Source: an uncultured Candidatus Binatia bacterium (GTDB taxonomy: Bacteria > Desulfobacterota > Binatia > Bin18). From it: DNA of 64,000 bases. The translations under genes were made by a program, and so were the position numbers. Where the stretch lies: positions 2,528,001 through 2,592,000 of the forward strand of contig OZ241744.1 of NCBI GenBank assembly GCA_965200965.1, in the 5' to 3' direction. The notes under the pieces are model-generated. The model did no database searches. It was not told where the DNA came from and saw only the letters and a list, made by a program, of their open reading frames with translations. Positions 9,835-17,577 of the stretch are shown piece after piece (the stretch's first letter is position 1; the number at the start of each line of letters is the position of its first letter).

Positions 9835-9929
9835 AAAGTCGGTTCCCGACATGCATCGTTGAGAGCTCCCCAACTCGACGACAGCATAAGCCCGCAGGTT
9901 TCCCCTCCTTTTTCCTGCGGGCTTTTTTT
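9835..9929 (+). ncRNA. Candidate small RNA (hairpins with C-rich loops, ending in an intrinsic terminator)
   Basis: AT-rich upstream region and TATATT at 9825-9830; stems 9851-9887 and 9888-9924, then a T run. Confidence 0.5.
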
Positions 9930-9992
9930 GCCTGGACCGTTACTGGCATGTCAGATGGAAATTGGTGACTTCGCTGATGGAGGGAAAAGTGT

Positions 9993-11678
9993 ATGACGCT
10001 GCCACGCCGACAGTTTTTGCGCTATCTGGGGATAGGAAGCTACGCGGCGCTGTGCCATCCGCTGCGCCTCGCCGCGGCTGCGCCAAGAACAGGCGGCTCG
10101 GTCTGGAAGCCGGATTTTTTTGATCCCATCTCTCCCAGCACTGCCGACCGGCTCAGGCTGCCGACCGGCTATCGCTCTGACCTGCTCGGCGTGTGGGGCG
10201 ACAAGTTGGGCCTTCCCGACCCGGCCCACGCACTGACCTTCGGTCATAACAACGACTTTCTGGCCTATTTCCCGCTTGCCTCCCGGCAGGACGACCTCCT
10301 GGCCGAGCAGGGATTGCTGTGGGTCAACCACGAGTATCCCAACCCGCTGTTTGTCAGCGGCTACAGCCGTGCGGACGCCGAGGCCGACACGCCTAAAACC
10401 GCGGAGCAGATACAGGCCGAAAAGCGCAGTGTGGGCGGCAGCGTGCTACACCTCAGACGGCAGGCGAACGGACGCTGGAAGCGCGAGTATCATCCCCGCT
10501 TTACCCGCCGCTTCACTGCCTGCGGCCCCCGTATTGGTTTTGATGGGCCGGCAGCCGAAGCTGTCGCCAGCCTGAGTGGCAGCCAGGACTGCCCCGGTAC
10601 GCTGGCCAACTGCTCGGGCGGTGTCACGCCTTGGGACAGCGTGCTGTCGTGCGAAGAAAACTACCAGTTCTACAATTCCAGATTGCGGTGGCGGGATCAG
10701 CCCGACGAAGCCATTATTGCAAAGCAGTTCGGCTGGGTGGTTGAGGTAGACCCCTTTGGCGAACTGCCGCCGGTCAAGCACACCAGCCTGGGCCGCTTCA
10801 GCCATGAGAATGTCGCCCTGCGCTGGGCCGGGCCGGCCGGCCGGTTGGTGGTCTATATGGGTGACGACCGGGCCGGTGAATTTGTGTACAAGTTTGTCAG
10901 CGCCCAGCCGTTTTCCGCCTCGGTCCCACGGCTTGAGCAGCGGGCGGCGCTGAGCCAGGGGACCTTGTACGCTGCCGACTTTCAGCGTGGCAGGTGGCTG
11001 GCGCTGGACTGGGAGAAGAACCGCGACAAGTGGCAGCAGTACAACACAGGGCGGAGAGAAAACGAACCGGCCATCACCTCGCAGGCCGATATTCTCATCC
11101 ATACCCGGGTTGCGGCGCGTGTCCTGGGAGCAACGCCCCTGGACCGGCCCGAGGACTGTGAAATCCATCCGGCCGACGGTTCAGTGTATATTGCGCTGAC
11201 CAATAATACCGGGCGGGGCAACTTCTACGGCCAGATTGTGCGGCTGATGGAAGACAACGATAATCCTGAGGGAGAGCGCTTTCGGTTTGAGCTGTTCCTG
11301 CTCGGCGGACGCGAGAGCGGCTTGGCCTGCCCCGATAATCTGGCCTTTGACAGGCGGGGAAACTTATGGGTGGCGTGCGATATCGGAAGCTCCCAGCTAG
11401 GGCAAGACCCGTATCAGGCGTTTGGCAACAACGGGCTGTTTGTCGTGCCCACCACCGGCCCCGGAGCCGGCCAAGCCTGGCAGTTCGCATCCGGTCCCAT
11501 CGGCTGTGAACTCACCGGCCCGTGGTTCAACCCCAACGACCGGACGCTGTTCCTGTCCGTTCAGCATCCGGGAGAAAACAGCCCCAGCCTCGACCGGCTG
11601 TCGAGCCACTGGCCACACGGCGGTCAGGACCTCCCCCGCCCGGCTGTGGTGGCCATCACCGGCTTTGAGCGGTCTTGA
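9993..11678 (+). CDS. phoX: PhoX-family alkaline phosphatase, Tat-exported
   Basis: PRRQFL twin-arginine signal; NHEY, NCSGG.TPW, SCEEN, DRPED, CELTGP, SVQHPGE. Confidence 0.93.
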   Translation: MTLPRRQFLRYLGIGSYAALCHPLRLAAAAPRTGGSVWKPDFFDPISPSTADRLRLPTGYRSDLLGVWGDKLGLPDPAHALTFGHNNDFLAYFPLASRQDDLLAEQGLLWVNHEYPNPLFVSGYSRADAEADTPKTAEQIQAEKRSVGGSVLHLRRQANGRWKREYHPRFTRRFTACGPRIGFDGPAAEAVASLSGSQDCPGTLANCSGGVTPWDSVLSCEENYQFYNSRLRWRDQPDEAIIAKQFGWVVEVDPFGELPPVKHTSLGRFSHENVALRWAGPAGRLVVYMGDDRAGEFVYKFVSAQPFSASVPRLEQRAALSQGTLYAADFQRGRWLALDWEKNRDKWQQYNTGRRENEPAITSQADILIHTRVAARVLGATPLDRPEDCEIHPADGSVYIALTNNTGRGNFYGQIVRLMEDNDNPEGERFRFELFLLGGRESGLACPDNLAFDRRGNLWVACDIGSSQLGQDPYQAFGNNGLFVVPTTGPGAGQAWQFASGPIGCELTGPWFNPNDRTLFLSVQHPGENSPSLDRLSSHWPHGGQDLPRPAVVAITGFERS

Positions 11679-11689
11679 ACGGGCCGCCT

Positions 11690-12043
11690 TCAGGGCCGTG
11701 TGTCGGCTTTCGGTATGACCCGGGGATGCTCATACCCTTTGGGCGGTTTCCGGCAGCCCCACTGCCAGGACGGCGTATCCTGCAAGGCTCGCTCAAGCTC
11801 GTCCATGTCGTCATCCCCGAGCTGGGTGGGAAAATAGTCGGATAAAATTCGGCGTGCTCTCGACAGTTTGTGCCAGATGTTCCACTGGTCAAGAAACTCG
11901 ACGGTCGTCTTGTCGCAGCCCTCTTGCCCGAGTTCTGCATAACAAGAGCCAATACGGTCCAACGACACCACGACAGTCTCCAGGGTGCTCAGCACCTCAA
12001 TCAGGTCCGCCTTTTTTATGCTCAAGCGTTCTTCCGTTTGCAT
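11690..12043 (-). CDS. Hypothetical protein, probable immunity protein
   Basis: Small acidic ORF directly downstream of the toxin-like gene, GAGGG RBS; function inferred from position. Confidence 0.55.
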   Translation of the reverse strand: MQTEERLSIKKADLIEVLSTLETVVVSLDRIGSCYAELGQEGCDKTTVEFLDQWNIWHKLSRARRILSDYFPTQLGDDDMDELERALQDTPSWQWGCRKPPKGYEHPRVIPKADTRP

Positions 12044-12053
12044 GTCACCCTCG

Positions 12054-13541
12054 TCAGTCTCTCTGCACGACCTCTGCGCGCTTTGGGTCAAGGCGAATAT
12101 CACCGGATATCTTCCACTCCTTCCTCCGAGTCACCGGATTATATACCTCTTTAACCTGTGTGCCTTTTGGGGCTTCGAATACGACATAATCGCGGCCGCG
12201 GCCCGGCCTCAGACCAAGTGCATCTTCTGCGTCAGCTCGTGACAATACCCGCTCTCTCGCTGGCACAACGAAGACCGTGTTCCGTTTATCGGCCTTGATA
12301 ACCCCCTCCTTTGCAATGGCATTTGACCCTTTCCTGTTCGTGTAGTGTCTGAGGGCACGGGGACCTTTGATATGTTTGCCGCCGCGCGTGACAATTTTGA
12401 TCAAAGGTTTCCCGCCCGGAATTACGCTGCCAGCGAGCCCTACCAGGGCCATTGGTTTACTCACCAGTTCATCCGTTACCGGGTCCTTGCCGCTGACCAA
12501 TTCGACGACAGACTTCCCAAAGCCCAACCCGGGTGTAAGGTCCGCGAGAAGACTGAATACCTGTTTCTCCAGCGGTGGAGTTGTGGACGGTGGCGGCAGT
12601 GCAGGCCGGCCCGGAGGAGGTACAACAGAGGGAGGAATTGTGGTCAAAGTATCTGTTCGCCCCCGCTTGGGCGGCAGTGCAGGCCGGCCCGGAGGAGGTA
12701 CAACAGGGCTGAGATCGGCAGGAACGATTGCTGTAACGCTCCCGGTATCCAGCGGCCGGCAGCGGTCTCCTCCCAAGTCACAGCGGAGTGGAGGCAATCC
12801 GGCTGCGATTTGGCGAAGTTGACTTCTCATCTGGGCCGCCTCTTTGACATCGGCCAACGGCTCAGTGGCTTCGCGGATAACCTGCTGCATCTCAATGAGC
12901 CGGCACGTTCCGTCTTTGCAGACTTCAATGGTGCCCTGATACTGCTCCCGCATATGCCAGCCGTCTTGGGGCGGTGTGGAGTCGGTCGGGGTTTGGTTGG
13001 CAGGCGCGGTCTCGGGTGGCGTTTGGCCGGTGGCCGTGGTCTCAGGCGGTGGCGACTCAGGGACGAATTCTTGAGCCAGGGCGAGAGTCAAGGAGACAAC
13101 TTGCAGGAATTTGGCCCAGGCGTGTAGCGGCTCGTCCTGTTTGGCCAAGTCAATGACGCGGGCCAATTCCTCATCGAGTTCTGCGCGTCTCTCAGCGAAT
13201 TCTTTGTGTATCTCAGCGGATTCTGCATACAGTTCACGCCACCTTTGGCGGTCGGCTTCCAGGGGAGCCACCACTTCTTGCGTCTCGGCGCGGAGCTTGG
13301 CGTCTCGGAGCCTTTGCCTGGCCTCTCTGGCTTGCCCGGCTTCCCTTTCAGCCGTACCCAGCGGATCCTCGCGGTATGACGGTGGAAGATTTTCCTTGAG
13401 GGCCTTGTCGGCAGCATCGATATTTAATGTAAATCGCGGTGTGGCGACGCCGGGACTGCCAGCCAACACGATGCCGATCAGCATCACGCCGGCGATGCCA
13501 CGGCAGGGCAGAGGGTGCAGGGGTGAGATGATTGAGGTCAT
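12054..13541 (-). CDS. Putative secreted polymorphic toxin (signal-like N-terminus, coiled coil, pre-toxin TG-like segment, C-terminal HYD1-type ADP-ribosyltransferase-like domain)
   Basis: LADLTPGLGFGKSVVELVSGKDPVTDE resembles PT-TG; LRHYTNRKGSNAIAKEGVI resembles the Tox-ART-HYD1 N-terminus. Confidence 0.65.
   Translation of the reverse strand: MTSIISPLHPLPCRGIAGVMLIGIVLAGSPGVATPRFTLNIDAADKALKENLPPSYREDPLGTAEREAGQAREARQRLRDAKLRAETQEVVAPLEADRQRWRELYAESAEIHKEFAERRAELDEELARVIDLAKQDEPLHAWAKFLQVVSLTLALAQEFVPESPPPETTATGQTPPETAPANQTPTDSTPPQDGWHMREQYQGTIEVCKDGTCRLIEMQQVIREATEPLADVKEAAQMRSQLRQIAAGLPPLRCDLGGDRCRPLDTGSVTAIVPADLSPVVPPPGRPALPPKRGRTDTLTTIPPSVVPPPGRPALPPPSTTPPLEKQVFSLLADLTPGLGFGKSVVELVSGKDPVTDELVSKPMALVGLAGSVIPGGKPLIKIVTRGGKHIKGPRALRHYTNRKGSNAIAKEGVIKADKRNTVFVVPARERVLSRADAEDALGLRPGRGRDYVVFEAPKGTQVKEVYNPVTRRKEWKISGDIRLDPKRAEVVQRD
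12592..12706. repeat. 37-bp perfect direct repeat (12592-12628, 12670-12706) encoding VVPPPGRPALPP
   Basis: GGCGGCAGTGCAGGCCGGCCCGGAGGAGGTACAACAG occurs twice. Confidence 0.95.
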
Positions 13542-13572
13542 ACGTTTTCCTCTTTACTCCTGGTGAGGAGTG

Positions 13573-14763
13573 TCAGTAACAAGGGGGGCAGCACCAAGAA
13601 TTGTACTTAGTGTGGGGGCGCAAATACGAGGGAGGCCGTTTGTAGACGTATCGCCGGATATCAGTTTCAAGATCTTTCCAGTACGGATCGAAAGGAGAGT
13701 TCCTCCCATTCATCTTTGCCATTGCTAGAAGGTCCGGGGCCGGATGCTGACCCAGCACCTTGAGGATGCCTTCAGCGATGGAGAACAAGACTATCGCGAT
13801 TTCCTCCCTGTGCTCACGAACGCGGGTGTTCTTTCGAAATGAGTTCAGCAGTGTATGTAGTTCATCCTTGATATCGGACCAGACCACGCGCGTGCAAACA
13901 GTGAACCAAGTCGAGATGCCCACATGACAGTTGGAACCTTCTCTCCCGGAGTCAATGCCCTGTCCTTCTACTGCACAGGTGCTGCGGGGGGGGGGGGTAT
14001 GATAGCTTAGCTGCAGATCCCGGAAACGGCGTTGCCATGAGGAGAGCTCATCTTGATCAGCATACCAGAGAGCCTTAAATTGAGAATAAATCGATCCCTG
14101 TCTTGTCTCGCTGATGGCTTGTCGGAAGTACACCTGGTATGCTTTAGTGCGCTGTTCTATCTCGATTTCTTCAGCTTCCAGGCCCTTACCCAGGCCCTTA
14201 AGAAGAGCGATCTCGTAGGCCATCCCAACCAGGATAAGGGGGGCGTTCAAATACCCACGCTTCATCAGCGTCCTGGTCTCGGTCTGCAATTCCCTGAGGC
14301 GATCTCTGGGGTCAGTAGAAAGCTCTCCGCCCTCCCGTATAACAGTAAAGTCCTCGACGATCAGGTCTACTATTCCAAGGACCCGAGCCTGCTGAAATTC
14401 GTCAAGAGCATCTCTGAGCTCCTTCCGCATAATCTCGGGCAATGCATCAAGTTTGTGCAGGGCCTCCTCCATCGCCTTGCCAAAATTATCAAACCGCTCA
14501 TGCAGTTGACCGATCAATTTGTGGTTCTGCAAGATCGCTTGGTAATTCTGCTGGTTCAACTCTCGGATCTGCCTAATCCTTTCCGCGGTTGGGTCTGCGC
14601 CGGATGTGAAGAGAGACAGTACGGTACTCATAAGCGACACCCCAATCACCGCTATTGTGAGTGGCTCAGCGCCGTTCAGCCGGGGCGGGTGCAGCAATGA
14701 CGTACCATAGATGAGGCAAACTGCTGCGAAAACAAGGCGATAGCGGCGTGCAACCTGTGTCAT
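13573..14763 (-). CDS. Hypothetical exported or membrane protein (signal peptide, hydrophobic helix, coiled coil, Cys-rich C-terminus)
   Basis: Long ORF, visibly more AT-rich than flanks; likely start MTQVARR. Confidence 0.7.
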   Translation of the reverse strand: MTQVARRYRLVFAAVCLIYGTSLLHPPRLNGAEPLTIAVIGVSLMSTVLSLFTSGADPTAERIRQIRELNQQNYQAILQNHKLIGQLHERFDNFGKAMEEALHKLDALPEIMRKELRDALDEFQQARVLGIVDLIVEDFTVIREGGELSTDPRDRLRELQTETRTLMKRGYLNAPLILVGMAYEIALLKGLGKGLEAEEIEIEQRTKAYQVYFRQAISETRQGSIYSQFKALWYADQDELSSWQRRFRDLQLSYHTPPPRSTCAVEGQGIDSGREGSNCHVGISTWFTVCTRVVWSDIKDELHTLLNSFRKNTRVREHREEIAIVLFSIAEGILKVLGQHPAPDLLAMAKMNGRNSPFDPYWKDLETDIRRYVYKRPPSYLRPHTKYNSWCCPPCY

Positions 14764-14907
14764 GGTTGGGAATCCTGTTCGTGGTCGGCCCATCCAAGCA
14801 CAGGTCAGGCTTCCCGTCAAGTAATTTTTCTGGACGCACGGCGGAGGTCCTGGCCGTCGAATTTCGGCCCTGGATCGTGCGATGGGCATCACGCACAAAT
14901 AACCGGC

Positions 14908-14941
14908 CTGTCATTCTCCAGTAATAGTGCGTTCTTACCCT
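14908..14941 (+). promoter_or_regulatory. Pho box plus -10 element of the porin-pst operon
   Basis: CTGTCAT-tctc-CAGTAAT, 10-bp spacer, then TACCCT; matches the known PhoB promoter geometry. Confidence 0.7.
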
Positions 14942-14985
14942 CCTGCTGAAGTCTGACCACAGAAGAGGGAAGGAGAAGAACGGAT

Positions 14986-16362
14986 ATGGAGAGACGAGGC
15001 AGCCTGCTGGGCAGTGTTGTTGCCGGAGGACTCTTGCTGGCAAGCCCCGCTTTTGCGCAGGAGAAAAGCGTGGCGGTCGAGATTCTCGACATCCTCAAGG
15101 CCAACGGCCAGATCAGCGACGATCAGTACCGCACCCTGATGAAGAAGGCCGAGGCCGAAGGCGAAAAGGGTGAGGACGCGGTCGCCCAGAGTGCAGCACA
15201 AAAGCCCGACCCCAAGACGATGCGTGTCTACTGGTCATCCGGTCTGCGGATGAAGTCCAAGGACGGCAATTTTTCGCTCAAGGTCGGCGGCCGGATCATG
15301 AACGACTGGGCCATCTACAGCACGGACAGCGACACGCCGGACACGTTTCGGAAAATCGGCGATGGCACAGAGTTCCGCCGGGCGCGGCTGTACATGGAAG
15401 GCGAGGTGTATACAAACATCAAGTACAAAGCCCAGTACGACTTTGGCGGTCAAGACGCCGACTTCAAAGATGTGTACATTGAGTTGAAAAAAATCCCCAC
15501 CCTGGGCAATCTCAGGATCGGGCATTTCAAGGAGCCGATGTCGATCGAAGAGCTGACCAGCAGCAAGTACATCACCTTTATGGAACGCTCGCTGCCCAAC
15601 GTATTTGCTCAGGGTCGGAACACCGGCTTCCAGATTGCGAACAGTTTTGCCGACAAGCGGGCGACCGCAGCGGTCGGCGTGTTCCGGGATGTGGGCGACT
15701 CGGGCAATGGGTTCAGCAAGAGCTTCGACTATAATGTCACCGCCCGGATCACCGCCCTGCCGTGGTATGAGGACAAGGGCAAGCGGCTGCTGCATGTCGG
15801 CTTTGGTTACACCCACGAATTCCGCCATGATGAAGACAGCATGATCCGTTTTCGGGCGCGGCCGGAAGCCCATCTGGGGCCACGCTTTGTTGACACCAGG
15901 GCGTTCAAAGCCAAGAGCGTCAATTATTTCAACCCTGAGTTTGCCGCGGTCTACGGGCCGTTCTCGCTCCAGGGCGAATACATCTTCACCGAGGTGAACT
16001 CAAAAGAGTATGACGACCCGAGTTTTGACGGGTCCTACATCTACGGCAGTGTATTCCTGACCCCGGGCGACTATCGTCGCTACAAGACCTCCAGCGGGGC
16101 CTTTGACCGGGTCAAGCCGGCTGACGATTTGAGTTGGAGCGGCGGCGGTATCGGGGCGATTGAGGCCGCGGTCCGCTATTCCCAACTGGACCTGACTGAC
16201 GGCATGATCAGGGGCGGGACGCTCAGCAACATCACCGCGGGGCTCAACTGGTACCTGAACCCGAATGTCCGCTTCATGCTGAACTACGTCTACGCCGACC
16301 AGCAGCACCCCTACGACTTTGAGGCCGACATCATCCAGATGCGCGCCCAGATTGATTTCTAA
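14986..16362 (+). CDS. Phosphate-selective porin OprO/OprP family
   Basis: Signal peptide; GTEFRRARL, GHFKEPMSIEELTSS, TAGLNWYLNPN, terminal F. Confidence 0.92.
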   Translation: MERRGSLLGSVVAGGLLLASPAFAQEKSVAVEILDILKANGQISDDQYRTLMKKAEAEGEKGEDAVAQSAAQKPDPKTMRVYWSSGLRMKSKDGNFSLKVGGRIMNDWAIYSTDSDTPDTFRKIGDGTEFRRARLYMEGEVYTNIKYKAQYDFGGQDADFKDVYIELKKIPTLGNLRIGHFKEPMSIEELTSSKYITFMERSLPNVFAQGRNTGFQIANSFADKRATAAVGVFRDVGDSGNGFSKSFDYNVTARITALPWYEDKGKRLLHVGFGYTHEFRHDEDSMIRFRARPEAHLGPRFVDTRAFKAKSVNYFNPEFAAVYGPFSLQGEYIFTEVNSKEYDDPSFDGSYIYGSVFLTPGDYRRYKTSSGAFDRVKPADDLSWSGGGIGAIEAAVRYSQLDLTDGMIRGGTLSNITAGLNWYLNPNVRFMLNYVYADQQHPYDFEADIIQMRAQIDF

Positions 16363-16432
16363 ACGCCTATCGCCGGCGGCCAGGGCTGGCCGCCATAGTG
16401 CATCACCATCCCAACGGAAGGGAGTCGTTGTT

Positions 16433-17407
16433 ATGAAAGTGAAGAAGTTTTCAGCCCATATCAGTGGACTCGCGTTGAGTCTGGCCGTCAGCAGTCCGGC
16501 TGTCGGACAGGTTGAAGTGGACCCCAATCTACCGGCCTATGAGAAGGTCAGCGGCATCTCGGGCAGCCTGAACAGTGTGGGTTCGGATACCCTCAACAAC
16601 CTGATGACCCTGTGGGCCGAGGGGTTCAAAAAGGTCTATCCGAACATAAACATCCAGATTGAAGGCAAGGGGTCAAGTACCGCGCCGCCGGCCCTGATTG
16701 AGGCCACCGCCCAGCTCGGCCCGATGTCGCGGGCGATGAAGAGCAGCGAGATGGACAAGTTTGAAAAGAAGTTCGGCTATAAGGCCACCCCGCTGCGGAC
16801 CTCGCTCGACTCTCTGGCTGTGTTTGTCAACAAAGACAACCCGCTGGAGGGGCTGTCGCTGGAGCAGGTTGACGCCATGTTCTCCAAGACCCTGCGCTGC
16901 GGGGCGGCCAAAGAAGTCACGATCTGGGGCGACCTCGGTCTGGGTGACGGCTGGGCCCCTGCACCGCTCAGCTTGTACGGTCGGAACTCGGCCTCCGGCA
17001 CCTACGGGTTCTTCAAAAAGCAAGCCCTGTGCAAAGGCGACTACAAAGACACGGTCAAAGAACAGCCGGGTTCAGCCTCCGTAGTGCAAGGGGTGAGCGA
17101 GGACAAAAACGCCGCTGGCTACAGCGGCATCGGCTACACCACCTCTGGTGTGCGGGCCCTGCCCCTGGCCAAGACCGGCACCGACTATGTTGTCCCCAAC
17201 CAGGAGAATGTAGCCTCCGGCAAGTATCCGCTGTCGCGCTTCCTGTACATCTACATCAACAAGGCCCCCGGCCAGCCGGCCGATCCGCTGGTCCGGGAAT
17301 TTGCCAAATACATCTTCAGCAAAGAGGGGCAGGAAGTTGTGGTGAAGGACGGCTACTATCCTGTCTCGACCCAGATCGCCAACCAGGAGCGGGCCAAGCT
17401 CAACTAG
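16433..17407 (+). CDS. pstS: Phosphate ABC transporter substrate-binding protein
   Basis: SVGSDTL, EGKGSSTAPPAL, YGRNSASGTY, YPLSRFLYIY. Confidence 0.95.
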   Translation: MKVKKFSAHISGLALSLAVSSPAVGQVEVDPNLPAYEKVSGISGSLNSVGSDTLNNLMTLWAEGFKKVYPNINIQIEGKGSSTAPPALIEATAQLGPMSRAMKSSEMDKFEKKFGYKATPLRTSLDSLAVFVNKDNPLEGLSLEQVDAMFSKTLRCGAAKEVTIWGDLGLGDGWAPAPLSLYGRNSASGTYGFFKKQALCKGDYKDTVKEQPGSASVVQGVSEDKNAAGYSGIGYTTSGVRALPLAKTGTDYVVPNQENVASGKYPLSRFLYIYINKAPGQPADPLVREFAKYIFSKEGQEVVVKDGYYPVSTQIANQERAKLN

Positions 17408-17577
17408 GCAAGCGCCATCCACCTCAAGCCGCTTCTCAGGTGTCCAGGCTCGGAGCCCAGACGAGCCGGGGGGAGCCTGCCCTCCTCCCCCTTTTCTGCT
17501 CCACCACGAGGGTGGTAGCGTCAAGGACGAGAGGTGAACACCTCCGTCCTTATCCGTAAGGCCGGTGTTGGAGTCTT

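Noticed and set aside
9937-9954. Pho box upstream of phoX (CCGTTAC-N4-ATGTCAG)
   Set aside because: Plausible by context, but too weak a match to list as a feature.
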